A stretch of 64,000 nucleotides of DNA from Candidatus Marinacidobacterales bacterium (GTDB lineage Bacteria; Acidobacteriota; Vicinamibacteria; Marinacidobacterales; SMYC01): positions 224,001-288,000 of the forward strand of contig CBDCYI010000011.1 in the NCBI GenBank assembly GCA_965224085.1, in the 5' to 3' direction. The stretch's first letter is position 1; each line of letters begins with the position of its first letter. Position numbers and translations under genes: made by a program. Shown here piece by piece: positions 1 through 10,951 of this stretch. The notes below the pieces were generated by a model. The model was given only the letters and a program-made list of their open reading frames with translations. It did not search any database and was not told where the DNA came from.

Positions 1-1169
1 GGTTTCCTTCATTTGACGCTGCACTCTATCGAGGGCGCGACCGAAACGCCCCTGCCGGACGTCGAGCCTCGCCATCATGTCCAGCGGCTCGACGTATGCG
101 GGATCGAGCCGCAGCGATTCCCGAAGGGGCTTTCTGGCTTGTCTGCCCTTGCCTTCGGCTACGAGACTGCGGCCGAGAAGGAAATGCGCCCTGCTGTTGT
201 CCGAGGCCGCTTCGGCGAAAGAGCGAAACGCTGCGGTGGACTCTTGGTATCTCCGTTCGCCGTAGTAGGCCTGGCCCAGCAAATCGGCGACGGCCACCGA
301 GGGCTGTCTGCGAGCCAAGTCCTCCAGAGCCGGGATCGCGTCCGTATAGCGGCCCGTTCGAACGTCGAGCTCCGCCAGAAGGTGACTGCGGCAGATGAGT
401 TGGGCGCCCGCTCCAGAATCGTCTCAAGTGCGGTTCTCGCTTGCTCGGCCTCACCGAGGCGGATGTGCATCTGAGCGAGTCGCAGTTGGGCCGATGTCAT
501 TTCCGGCCGCCTCTGGACCATGTCTTGGACGACGGCGATCGCTTCACGGAACCGCTCAGTAGCTTCCGCGTTTTCTCCGCGCAGGCGGTGTACGTTCGCC
601 ATGAGCTGCAGTGCTTCTGGGTTCTTTGGGTTGTTGTCCAGCAGATAGGTCAACGCTTTTTCCGAGCGGTCGAAGTCCTTGTCCCCGAAGCTGTAAGCAG
701 CGATGCGCTGCCAGGCGGGGAAGAAATCGGGGGCCTCTTCGACGAGGTGGTCGAGCTTGTTGTTAGCGTCCTCTGTTCTCCCGACAAGGCGATAGAAATC
801 CACGACGCGGATCTGGGCTGCGGAGCGAGTAGGCGCCACTTCGGCAACTTGATCGAACTCCGATGCCGCTTTCTCGAGCTCACGTGTCATTAGATAGAAC
901 GTTCCGAGCGCGAGGTGTGCATCCGGTGAGTCGGGCTCCCGTCTGGCAGCTTCCTGGAACGCGGCCTCGGCCTCGGCGCTCTCCTGTTTTTGGATATGGA
1001 GCACGCCGCGCGCCAGATGGTACCGGGCCCGCCCTTCGTGCTCGTGCCCGGCCGTATCGAGGCGTAGCATGGCCCGGTCGATCTCTCCAGGTGTAGCGGC
1101 CGTGTCGGCGAAGATTGTGAGAGCATCCAGGTTCCCAGGGCCTTTTTCGAGGATGGCGCCCGCTTCCTC
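1..1169 (-). pseudogene. TPR-repeat protein (PrsT-like), N-terminus lost and fused to an IS630 fragment; frameshift near 380; runs off the window
   Basis: TPR-like repeats (AHLALGTFYL, AQLRLAQMHIRLGE). After a frameshift near 380 another frame continues with LLAELDVRTGRY...AHFLLGRSLVAEG. Confidence 0.7.
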
Positions 1170-1717
1170 GTGCTGAGGCGGATTCATATAGAGACCGATG
1201 ACATCCGCTGCCTTCTTCTCGAAATCCGGGTCGTTGGACGCTTTGTAATATTCAATTCGGTGTGGCTGTAGACCGTGTTTTTTCCAAGTACGAGCCACCA
1301 TCATGTGATGGATTCCCAGTTTCTTCGCAAGTCGGCGCGTGCTCCAGTGAGTCGAGCCGTCGGTCGGGCTCTTTTGAGTCCACGAAAGAATCCGTGCTTC
1401 CATCCGAGGCGTGAGCACCTGAACCGGACGTCCCTCGTGACGCGAGTACAGACCTGCCAGCCGCTCCTCCAAGAATCGGCGCTTCCACTTGCTGACAAAA
1501 GGCGCCGTGCAGCCTACCCACTGCTGCACCTGCGTGTAGCTCGCACCTTCGTCCAACAAGAGCAACACGCGAGCAATCCGCGCGTCGTCAGCACGACCGC
1601 TACGGCTCGAAACTCGTTTGCCAAGTTCCCTACGTTCCGCTCGAGTCAAAACAACGCTGGTCCTCTCTTGCATGAGAGAAGTATATCACTAAATGCTTAT
1701 TTGTTACAGTCCACTAG
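1170..1717 (-). mobile_element. IS630-family remnant: left end plus first 168 codons of the transposase (HTH region), DDE domain deleted
   Basis: Motifs VSKWKRRF, THWSTRRLAKKLG, LQPHR, SNDPDFEKKAADVIGLYMNPP. End sequence CTAGTGGACTGTAAC on the minus strand from 1717. Confidence 0.85.
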
Positions 1718-1773
1718 GATAGGAAAATACACGCCCTTGTAGCAAGCGGGCGGCAGCTTTCGTGGTGGTATAG

Positions 1774-1962
1774 GTCTTTATTCCTTTTGCCGACGGTAAG
1801 CCCGTCTCGGGTCCTGAAGATTTTCTTGGCGGGTGGATGCTCGATCCGACGAAACGCGAAGTCTGGGGAAGGCCCGTGGGCCTTTTGCAGCTTCCCAATG
1901 GGTCGCTCCTGGTTACGGACGATGGCGGCAGGAAGATCTGGCGCGTTTCCTACGGCGGTTGA
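1774..1962 (+). pseudogene. C-terminal fragment of a glucose/sorbosone (PQQ-dependent sugar) dehydrogenase
   Basis: Manual translation VFIPFADGKPVSGPEDFLGGWML...WGRPVGLLQLPNGSLLVTDDGGRKIWRVSY*; no start codon. Confidence 0.7.
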
Positions 1963-1994
1963 GCGCGACCGAGCTTTTTGAAGAAGGAAGTCAG

Positions 1995-2029
1995 GTGGTC
2001 CACCGCGGTCGAGCCCGTCGGTGGACCAC
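1995..2029. terminator. 11-bp inverted repeat between convergent gene ends
   Basis: GTGGTCCACCG (1995-2005) pairs with CGGTGGACCAC (2019-2029). Confidence 0.45.
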
Positions 2030-2036
2030 TCATTGC

Positions 2037-2102
2037 TCAGTTCGTTGGCGGCTTTAGCTTCTCGAGCACCTGATCGATCGTGAAGCTCGCCGGCGTCTGC
2101 AG
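2037..2102 (-). pseudogene. Extreme C-terminal remnant of an arylsulfatase-like gene
   Basis: LQTPASFTIDQVLEKLKPPTN* resembles the PPRQxPASFTIDQV tail of bacterial arylsulfatases. Confidence 0.4.
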
Positions 2103-2123
2103 AAGAGCACGCGATGAGTGTGG

Positions 2124-3690
2124 CTATCGATTCTTCGAAACCTCTTTTTGCCGGCCGCGCCGTGGTACGGCGACGACGTCATGCTCTCGAAAATACTGGA
2201 TGACGACGTCGGAGACTTTGCCGAGCTCGCGGATCGTCCTGCCTTCGGGAAACGCGTCGTACAAGTCTCCGCCTTCGGCAAGAAAGCCAGAGGCCGCGAC
2301 GGTGACGCGATCCGTCGGCTCAATCGCGCGTCCCTTGCGTGCCACTGAGAGTGAAACGAGGCGTTGCTTTTCCGGCTTGGACAAATCGTACACGACTTCG
2401 AGCCCCGATACTTGTAGCAGGCCTCGCTCGAGCGTGCGGGATTGCTCGAGAACGCGCCGGATCTGATCCTCTGTCAATTCCATCAAGATGATCGCGTCGA
2501 CGAACGGATAGGTGTCCAGAATATCAGCGCGTGTGACGTCGCCTTCGGGCAAGTCCTTTCGCAAGCTGCCGCTGTGGACAACACCGATATCCGCGCCGGA
2601 GACTTCGACGAAGATGTCCGCGAACAGATTGCCGACGTCGGACTCCTCTATATAGCGGCGGTTCATGCGGGCGGCCGTGCGTCCGACTTTTTCGTAGATC
2701 TCACAGTGCGTAGCGCGGTACTTCTCGAGCTTTTCTAGGATGAGGGGGTCCGGTTTCAGTCGTGCGGCGTCGACGGGGATGAGCTTGCCTTCATGGGACG
2801 TGACAGCCCCTGTCTCGCCGTCGAGCGTGAGCTGAAGAAAACCCAAGTGCGTTGCCTGACCGTAGGTCTGCATGATGAGCGTCCCTGTCTCGGGATGTAT
2901 GACGGGCGAGGGTGTGCCGGCATCGGCGTGGCCCGCGAGCAAAACGTCGATCCCTTCGACGGCGCCTGCGAGCGCGATGTCGGCGTCGATATCACGCTGC
3001 AGTCGAGGATCGCTCTCCGCGTCGGTTTGCATCGGCGCCGTTTTCCCTTGATGGTGAGGAGCACGATGAGGTCGACCTCGTCGCGAAGCTCTGCGACCGA
3101 GCGCCGCACCGCCTCTGCCGGATCGGTGACGTCGAGCGGCGCGATGAACGAAGGGATGATAGCGGTTGCGGCATCCTGCCCCATGATGCCGATGACGCCG
3201 ATGCGAACACCGCCTCGTTCGATGATGGCGTGCGGTTGGGCGAAGCGGTGGTCCGTGTCCTTGTAGAAGAAGTTCGCGCCGAGCACGGGAAATGGGGCGC
3301 GGTTTTTCTCCCACGCCAAGATCTCCGTCCCGTATTCGAACTCATGATTGCCATCGCCATCGCGTCGTAGCCCATCGTGATCATCAGCTCGAAGGCGAGC
3401 GCGCCTTCGGTCAGCTTGGCGAGCGCGCCGGTGAAGATATCGCCGGAGTCGAACAAGAAAGTATTGGGGTCGCTCTCCCGCAGCTCTCGGATGAGCGCCG
3501 TCATCTCGGCGATGCCGCCAATCATCGCCAGATCCTCGAGCCAAAAGGCAGGGTCGGATCGTAGGCGCTTTCCACATCGTTGGTGAATAGAAGTGTTACC
3601 GTTTTGTCGGCCGGCTCGTCGGGAAAGGCAAGGCTCGCAAGCGATGCGAGCCCGGCGATCAGTAGCTGCCAAACGCGCGTTCTCACGTGC
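2124..3690 (-). pseudogene. Bifunctional metallophosphatase/5'-nucleotidase, three frameshifts
   Basis: Motifs LFTND, DSGDIFTG, GNHEFEYG, LLT/HQG, LAGH and GSLRKDL...YPF are spread over four ORF pieces. Confidence 0.85.
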
Positions 3691-3880
3691 GCAAGAATAG
3701 GCACTCGCTCGACGCGCCGCAACGTCGGTCTCGTTTGTTGGCGCTTCGATCGTGTAGGCTAGCGAGCGGGACGGAAGCCGCCGCGATGAGCATCGCGCCT
3801 GTGCAAAGGCTTTGAATGGCGAGCTTCCTAGATTCTCTCCCGTGCTCCATATTGGGATGCTGCGCGCGCCGAGTCTTAGC

Positions 3881-4573
3881 TCAGCCGCTCGGCGCGGCTC
3901 GCAGGAAGCTGCGCATTCCCGTCATCAGTACGGCCACCGAAATGGCCCCGCAGACGAAGCCCCAGAACCAATAGGGGAGCAAGAGCGCCTCTGCCATCTG
4001 GGCGACGTCTGACGGGCCGACCCCGGTCGATTGCGTGAAGAGATAGTCGCCGCGCGAGAAGACACTGAGGCTCAGCTGTACGGCCATGAACGCGAGGACG
4101 ACTTGCGCCGCATGAGGGCTCGACTTCACCGCCAAGACGACCGAGCCGGCGCCGAGCGCGCCGACGAGAAACCATCCGACAGGGTTTCGTACGACGAGCA
4201 CGAGCGCCACGAGACTCGCGACCCCAAAGATCATGAGGCCGGCATGCGCGGTTTTAGGTCGCTTGGCGAGCCAGAAAAACACCGCCGCGAGAAGAGCAGG
4301 TCCCACCAATCCACCCGCGGACGTGGCCGCGCGGGCGAGCCGGCTATCCGGGATGCCCAAATAAGCGACGCCCGAGCCGTCTGCGAATATGACGAGCGAC
4401 TCGAATGTGCCCCCCACCAGGAGGGCGGTCAGCCCATGGCCCATTTCGTGGGCGTAGGTCGAGAGCAGCAAAAGTGGATAGGCAACGTAGCGCCCATAGG
4501 GCACCACGTAGAGAGCTAACGTACCGACGATGGCGCCCGCAAGAATCCAGGGCGCCTTGTTCTTTTTCGACAC
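3881..4573 (-). CDS. M50B-family membrane metallopeptidase
   Basis: HEMGHG zinc motif, multiple TM segments, C-terminal SD motif. Confidence 0.85.
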   Translation of the reverse strand: MSKKNKAPWILAGAIVGTLALYVVPYGRYVAYPLLLLSTYAHEMGHGLTALLVGGTFESLVIFADGSGVAYLGIPDSRLARAATSAGGLVGPALLAAVFFWLAKRPKTAHAGLMIFGVASLVALVLVVRNPVGWFLVGALGAGSVVLAVKSSPHAAQVVLAFMAVQLSLSVFSRGDYLFTQSTGVGPSDVAQMAEALLLPYWFWGFVCGAISVAVLMTGMRSFLRAAPSG

Positions 4574-4591
4574 AGGCGGTGCGCGCGTCGA

Positions 4592-5749
4592 TCAGGAAAT
4601 CATGATCGTGCGCGGATGCTGGGAGTTGTCTTCCAAGAAAGTCTTCTTGTTCGCGAGGTCTTCGCGAACCGGCTGGACCCGACCTTCTGTATCCGTTGCC
4701 CTCGAGACCAACGTATGCTCTCCAGGGCGTGCGCCCGTCCAAATATACGTGAAGAGCTTCCACGCATATTTGCCGGCCGAGGGCTCCATCGACGCTTTTT
4801 GCCACGGGCCGTCATCGACGCGCACCTCGACGGATTCGAGCGGCGTCCCGTCGTTCAAGACGAAACCGAGCGCTTTGTACGTGTCGCCCTCGCGGCTCAC
4901 GCGGGCGATGACCGACTTCACTCGCATGTGGGTGATGGCGGACTCTTTCCATTTCATTTCGCCGCCGACCATCTCACCGCGCAACGTGCGGTACCAGCGT
5001 GCCTGGTACTTACCGAGATAAGGATCGTGCTGCAGATGGATGTTCGCGAGCCACTTCACGTTGGGGGCGCCGTACCAGCCCGGCATGATGAGGCGCAGCG
5101 GAAAACCCTGGTGGACACTCAGCGGCGCGCCGTTCATTTCGGTGGCAATGAAGGGCTCCGGCGTCATCGCTTTGTCAACGGTGATGCTGCGGCCATAATG
5201 CTGTTCGACTTCGTATTTTCGGCCGCGGAACTCCACTTCCTCTGTGCCGCTATCGGCGCCGAAGAAAACCACCTCGTGTGCGTTGTCTTTGACGCCGACT
5301 TTGTTCAAAGCGTCACGAAGCCGGACACCTTTGAAGCGCCCGTTCGAGGCGAGAGCCTGCATAGCGCGGGCGCTGTTGCCGGAGCATTCGAATCCCGCGG
5401 CGAGCTCGGTCTCACCGATCGCCTTGAGCTCGTCGATCGAAAAATCCGTCGGGCGCTCGACCATCCCGCTCACTTTGAGGTGAAACGTCGAGGCATCGAT
5501 CTGTGGATGCCCATGGTGCTGGGTCGTGAAGAACTCGTTGGCGGGAGTGTAGGGGCCGTCGATTTTGCGAATATCGTAGAAACGCCTCGTCGGGCCACGA
5601 TCGGTCTTCCACCCGTCCGGGTAATCGGTGAACGGGACGAGCTCTTCGCCTTGGGCGAGAGCGGGGAAGGCCCATTCAGGTAGGGCAAGAGCGCCTAGTC
5701 CGGCCACGCTTCCTCGGAGGATGTCGCGTCGTGTCAGCTCGTTCGTCAC
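4592..5749 (-). CDS. Tat-exported molybdopterin-dependent oxidoreductase (sulfite oxidase family)
   Basis: TRRDIL Tat motif, ECSGN, GFPLRLIMPGWYG, VKWL, C-terminal dimerisation domain. Confidence 0.9.
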   Translation of the reverse strand: MTNELTRRDILRGSVAGLGALALPEWAFPALAQGEELVPFTDYPDGWKTDRGPTRRFYDIRKIDGPYTPANEFFTTQHHGHPQIDASTFHLKVSGMVERPTDFSIDELKAIGETELAAGFECSGNSARAMQALASNGRFKGVRLRDALNKVGVKDNAHEVVFFGADSGTEEVEFRGRKYEVEQHYGRSITVDKAMTPEPFIATEMNGAPLSVHQGFPLRLIMPGWYGAPNVKWLANIHLQHDPYLGKYQARWYRTLRGEMVGGEMKWKESAITHMRVKSVIARVSREGDTYKALGFVLNDGTPLESVEVRVDDGPWQKASMEPSAGKYAWKLFTYIWTGARPGEHTLVSRATDTEGRVQPVREDLANKKTFLEDNSQHPRTIMIS

Positions 5750-5884
5750 GAGTCCCGTCTCCCTTTTCAGGCTAGTTTCGCGAAACGCAGTTTTATCACG
5801 ATCGCCCTTGACGGTGCCAGCAAGGCCAATAAGAGTCGACGGGTTGACCCTTCATCCGTACGTTGCCAGTTTTGAGACGAGCCT

Positions 5885-7342
5885 TCAAGATTGACATTGT
5901 TCCCGTTTTGGTGCCGGTACCCGAGGCCGTCGGAACGCGGGCTTTCCGCTCCCGGGCTCTCCCACGACGCGCCCCTCTTCGTAAACGATCGCGCCGCGGC
6001 GGATCGTTGTGACGGGCCAGCCCTTGACGGCCCACCCTTCGAAGGGCGTGTAGTCCGAGCGCGACGGGTCGTCCGCAGCACTTGCGATACGCTCGAGCTC
6101 GGGATCGAGGATCGCCAAATCGGCGATCGAGCCCTCGCGCAGCACGCCTCGCTCCGGGTAGAGGCCGAAGGTTTTCGCGGCCTTCGTCGATGTGACCTCG
6201 ACGAAGCGCTCCTCGGTAAGACGCCCCTTGCGGACACCTTCGGAAAAGAGAACGGGGAGCATGAAACGGAGGTCGCTCACACCAGGCCGCAGCCGACCGA
6301 TATCGAGCTCGGGATCCAACTTCTGCGCCCGGGTCCAAGGCGCGTGATCGGTAGCGAGGAAACTGATCCGGCCGTCCACGAGACCGCGCCACATCGCGTC
6401 GACGTCGGTCGCCGAGCGCAAGGGGGGCTGCCCGACATAGAGCGGACCCTCCTCTCCTGCGAGCCGCTCTTCCGTGAAATAGAGGTAGAGAGGCCGGGTC
6501 TCGATCGTGAGGGGCAAGCCAGCGACGCGGCGCGCCGCGTCGAGGGATCGCTTAGATGAAAGATGCACCAAGTGCATGGGAGCGAGTGTGTACTCGCATA
6601 GCGCCACGGCTTCCGCGGTGGCGGCTACTTCTGCGATCTCGGGACGGCTCTCCGCGTAGTGTCGCAACGACGTCCGGCCTTCAGCGCGAAGGCGCTCGAG
6701 CGTCGCGCGCAGCAGAACGCCGTCTTCGCAGTGCATCAGGGTGACGACCCCGGCATCCCGCGCAGCTTCGAGGAGTGCCACGAACGCCGCCCGGTGCTCG
6801 CCGAAATCGGCTCGCGTCATGAAGACCTTGTGGCTCGGCTGACCCAAGGCCGCGAGCTCGGGCATGAGCGCCGCGAAGTTCGGGCTCGGCGGCCAGGTCG
6901 AAGCGTGAAAGAAGACATCACAAAGCGCGCTCTTCCCGACTTCACCGAGCCATCGCTTCATCGCGTCTACCGCGTCCTCACCGTCTTCCGGATAGGCAAA
7001 AGTGCCCACCGTGGTGATGCCGCCCGCTACCGCCGCGGCGGTACCCGTGGTGAGGTCGTCAACGAAGGAACCTTGGAGATGCGTGTGAGGGTCGATGCCG
7101 CCGGGGATGACGAGCTGGTCGGTGGCATCGAGGACGCGCGCGCCGGCGGGGATGTCGAGCGCGGGCCCGATCTCCGCGATGAGCTCGCCCGATAGGCGCA
7201 AGTCGGCCATTTGGCTTCCATCGGCGTTGACCACGCGTCCCCCGCGGATGACGATCTCCGTCGAGGTTTGAGTGGCTGAAGTGCGGGCCATCCATCCGGT
7301 GGCGGCTGCGCCTATGTGGTGGAGTGCCTCACGCCGGTTCAT
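5885..7342 (-). CDS. Dihydropyrimidinase/hydantoinase-like amidohydrolase with Tat-like signal
   Basis: PGGIDPHTH, AVAGGITT, HCED, VHLS, PPLR, TDHAP, ADLAI. Confidence 0.85.
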   Translation of the reverse strand: MNRREALHHIGAAATGWMARTSATQTSTEIVIRGGRVVNADGSQMADLRLSGELIAEIGPALDIPAGARVLDATDQLVIPGGIDPHTHLQGSFVDDLTTGTAAAVAGGITTVGTFAYPEDGEDAVDAMKRWLGEVGKSALCDVFFHASTWPPSPNFAALMPELAALGQPSHKVFMTRADFGEHRAAFVALLEAARDAGVVTLMHCEDGVLLRATLERLRAEGRTSLRHYAESRPEIAEVAATAEAVALCEYTLAPMHLVHLSSKRSLDAARRVAGLPLTIETRPLYLYFTEERLAGEEGPLYVGQPPLRSATDVDAMWRGLVDGRISFLATDHAPWTRAQKLDPELDIGRLRPGVSDLRFMLPVLFSEGVRKGRLTEERFVEVTSTKAAKTFGLYPERGVLREGSIADLAILDPELERIASAADDPSRSDYTPFEGWAVKGWPVTTIRRGAIVYEEGRVVGEPGSGKPAFRRPRVPAPKREQCQS

Positions 7343-7399
7343 GGCAGGATGAATTGTGTCATGCTACGCCTCAAGTTGCGCACTACGTTCGCCGTATTG

Positions 7400-7907
7400 G
7401 CAGCCTTATTTGCGACGCGCGGTGTTGGAGCCACTGGGGATGGTGGACAGCTCGTTCGTCTGGGAGGAGCGGTTCGAAGCCGTGCACGCGTCGCCTCACG
7501 ACGGAGACGGCACGGCGAGAGCGAAGTGGCGTCCGCGCGAAGCTCTCGCTGCGGGCACACTCCAAACGACGGCCGTCGACTACGCTCGTTTTCTTCGAGC
7601 GGTGTTGACCGATGGGCTCCTCGGAAAAGAGGCCACGGAGCAGATGCTCGCGCCGCAGAGCAAGATCGACGATGAGCTGGGTTGATCGCTCGGATGGGGC
7701 GTCGAAACGACAGAAGACGAGACGGTGTTCTGGCAGTGGGGTGACGATGGGCCGCTCAAGGCGTTCGCGGCAGGCTCGAGCGCGCGGCGGACGGCAGTCG
7801 TTGTGCTCACGAACGGACAGTGGGGGCTCGACGCAGCCCGTCCTGTCATTGAGCACGTGCTTGGGCACCGACCGTTTCTCGATTTCAGAATGGTGAACTA
7901 TCGCTAA
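7400..7907 (+). pseudogene. Serine hydrolase (beta-lactamase family) C-terminal fragment with internal TGA
   Basis: VLEPLGM, AAGTLQTTAVDYARFL, G*SLGWG, FWQWGD, VVLTNG; N-terminus absent; stop at 7683-7685. Confidence 0.75.
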
Positions 7908-7929
7908 CCGACCCATAGAGGAATAGTAA

Positions 7930-9855
7930 ATGCAACTTGGTATTTCTTGGATTTTGATGTTCTTTTTCCTTTCATCCGCTTTACCCGTTGCCTGGGCGCA
8001 GGTCCCGCCACCGCCGGACGGCGCCGAGGCACTATCCGACCAATACTCGGGCCGTGCCTACTCACCCTACGCCGGCCGTGGGTTTCCGAGCCGCCCTTTC
8101 TGGGGAGACACGCATCTACACACCAGTTTGTCGATGGATGCGGGTGCTTTCGGAAATCGTCTCGGCCTCGACGCGGCCTATCAGTTCGCGCGCGGCGAAG
8201 AGGTCATTTCCTCGACAGGGCTGAAAGTGAAGCTGTCGCGGCCGCTCGACTTTCTCGTCATTGCGGATCACTCGGACAACATGGGCTTTTTCCCCGATCT
8301 TTTCGCAGGCAAGGCTTTCATTCTCGAGGACCCGACGGGTAAGGATTGGTACGACCGAGTCATGGCTGGCGAGGGTGTCGGGGTGGCGCTCGAGCTCATC
8401 GCCAAGTTCTCGCAAGGTGAGTTCCCGGAAGCGCTGTCCTACACGCCGGATTCTGCTCCTTACAAATCCGCGTGGTCCAAGACGGTCGATGCGGCGGAAC
8501 AGTTCAACGACCCTGGCCAGTTCACGGCGTTCATCGGCTACGAGTGGACGTCACTCGTCCGCGGCAACAACATGCACCGCGTTGTCATCTATCGCGACGG
8601 TGGTGACAAAGGTCATCAGATGGTTCCGTTTACGACCTACCCGCCGATGGGCAGCAGCAACCCGCGCGATCTGTGGAAGTGGCTCACCGACTTCGAAGAG
8701 AAAACCGGAGGCGACGTGCTCGCCATCGCGCATAACGGGAACCTCGCCAACGGCATCATGTTCCCGCTCGAAGCGCAGTACGACGGCGTGGTGCTCGACG
8801 ACGTCTACGTCAATGAGCGCGCCAAGTGGGAGCCGCTCTACGAAGCAACACAGATAAAAGGCGACGGTGAGACGCACCCGTTTTTGTCGCCCGATGACGA
8901 GTTCGCGGACTACGAAACGTGGGCCGTCGGGAACCTCGATGTCTCCGTGGCTAAAACGAATGACATGCTCGCAGGCGAATATGCTCGCGAAGCGCTGAAG
9001 CGCGGGCTGGCGATCGAAAGAGAGCTCGGTATCAACCCGTACAAGTTTGGAATGATCGGCTCGACCGACAGCCACACCTCGCTTGCGACGGCGCAAGAAG
9101 ACAACTTCTTCGGCAAACATGCCGGCTACGAGCCCAACCCCGATCGGATGAGCCATCCGTTCATGCAAACGGATTCGGGCACGATCTTCGGGTGGCAGCA
9201 AGTTGCTTCGGGACTCGCAGCCGTGTGGGCGACGGAGAACACGCGCGCGGCCCTCTTCGACGCCTTGGAGCGCAAAGAGGTCTACGCGACGACGGGCTCG
9301 CGCATGGGTGTGCGCTTGTTCGGCGGCTGGGAGTTTACCGAGCGGGATTTGAACAGCCGCCAGCCCGCCTTCGCTGGGTATGACAAAGGCGTCGCTATGG
9401 GCGGCGATCTTCGCGCGCGACCAAGCGGCGCTTCGACGCCCACTTTCATGGTCTATGCGCTGCGCGATCCGATCGGAGCGAATTTGGACCGCATCCAAAT
9501 CATCAAGGGCTGGATGGACGCACAAGGGACCACGCATGAAAAAGTCTACGATGTCGCCTGGTGGGGCGATCGCTAGGCAGGTGGAGACGGGAAACTTCCT
9601 TCGGTGGGGAACACAGTGGATGCGGCCAACGCGAATTGGGCGAACACGATTGGCGCTCCCGAGCTTGGTGCCGTTTGGAGCGATCCCGATTTCGACGGAG
9701 CACAAAAAGCGTTTTACTACGCAAGAGTGATCGAGATCCCGACGCCGCGCTGGTCGACTTATGACGCGTTTCGGCTCGGCGTTCCCTTGCCGGAGGACGC
9801 TCCGACGTCGACACAAGAGCGGGCCTACACGGCACCCATCTGGTACACGCCGTAG
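7930..9855 (+). pseudogene. DUF3604 (PHP-like metallohydrolase) with in-frame TAG at 9574-9576
   Basis: [31 protein letters not shown]; the same frame resumes to [11 protein letters not shown]. Confidence 0.85.
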
Positions 9856-9878
9856 GTGGACGCGGGCAAGTTGAAAGC

Positions 9879-10661
9879 GTGACGTCGAGCCGGGCCAATT
9901 GTCCGAAGTGCGGCGCCGAAGCGCTCGGGAAGTTTTGCAACCAGTGCGGTGAGCCACTCGGTTCGGTTTGCAAGGCGTGCGGCGCCGAAGCGCCGCCCAG
10001 ATCGCGCTTTTGTCCCGAGTGTGGGGCGTCTTTCAAGGGAGGAACGCCGAAGAAGGCGCCGGTGGTGTCCTCCTCGCGAGACGCGTTGGTGACGCCGTGG
10101 ACGGTAGCTGGTGGCTTCGGGATGGTGCTTGCGGCCGTCGGGGCGTTCTTGATTCTAGACCGCGAAAGTGCGCCGCCACCGCCGCGTTCGAGCGCCCCCG
10201 CTGCGGGCCTCGCGACGAACGCCCCGCAGGATATTTCATCTTTGTCGCCGCAGGAGGCTGCCGAGCGGCTCTTCAATCGGATCATGGCGGCTTCTGAGCA
10301 AGGCGACTTGGGTGAAGCCCAGAGATTCGTGCCCATGGCGCTTCAAGCTTATGGCCAGCTGGGCGTGCTCGACAATGATGGCCACTACCACGTTGGTCTG
10401 CTCCACGTAACCATAGGCGACACCGATAGCGCTCACGCCGAGCTCGACGCGATCCGCCAATCGGTGCCCAACCATCTTCTCGGCATCCAGCTCGAGCATG
10501 CGATGGCGCAGGCGCTCGGTGACGAAGATCGGGTGATAGAGGTCTATCGCCGTTTTCTCGACGTTTACGACGTAGAGATCGCCACGGGTAGAGCGGAATA
10601 TCAGGGGCATCGGAGAGGCATCGACGGGTTTCGAGACCGCGCTGCCGCCGCGGTCCCATGA
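9879..10661 (+). CDS. Double zinc-ribbon membrane protein with helical C-terminal domain
   Basis: Four CxxC motifs followed by one TM segment. Confidence 0.7.
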   Translation: MTSSRANCPKCGAEALGKFCNQCGEPLGSVCKACGAEAPPRSRFCPECGASFKGGTPKKAPVVSSSRDALVTPWTVAGGFGMVLAAVGAFLILDRESAPPPPRSSAPAAGLATNAPQDISSLSPQEAAERLFNRIMAASEQGDLGEAQRFVPMALQAYGQLGVLDNDGHYHVGLLHVTIGDTDSAHAELDAIRQSVPNHLLGIQLEHAMAQALGDEDRVIEVYRRFLDVYDVEIATGRAEYQGHRRGIDGFRDRAAAAVP

Positions 10662-10669
10662 GGTGACTA

Positions 10670-10870
10670 GTGAAACCGAAAACTATTTGTGCCATAGCTC
10701 TTATTACCGGGCTGGCCACGTCCGAAGCCGACGACTGGCATCAGTGGGGCGGACCCGAACGTAATTTTCACGTATCGTCGGCCGGACTCGACGCGTCGTG
10801 GGGGCCGGACGGCCCCGAAAGGCTGTGGAGCCGTGCGCTCGGAGAGGGCTATTCGAGTATCGTCCTTGAG
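10670..10870 (+). pseudogene. N-terminal fragment of a PQQ-like beta-propeller protein
   Basis: Signal peptide, then DWHQWGGPERN...LWSRALGEGYSSI, after which similarity ends. Confidence 0.75.
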
Positions 10871-10951
10871 AAATCACGCTCGGCTCTGACCGCAAACAGG
10901 AAGTTTTCGGCAACCAACGCCTCGATCTTCCGCCAATGCGCCATCTGCGAG

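Noticed and set aside
7683-7685. In-frame TGA (also at 52774-52776) as selenocysteine or Trp recoding
   Set aside because: The context fits Trp (TGG to TGA) in genes already broken by deletions, and TGA terminates many intact genes here.
9574-9576. In-frame TAG in DUF3604 as pyrrolysine or readthrough
   Set aside because: Not in a recognisable catalytic motif and most simply a point nonsense change. TAG is used as a normal stop throughout the window, and no pyl genes are seen.
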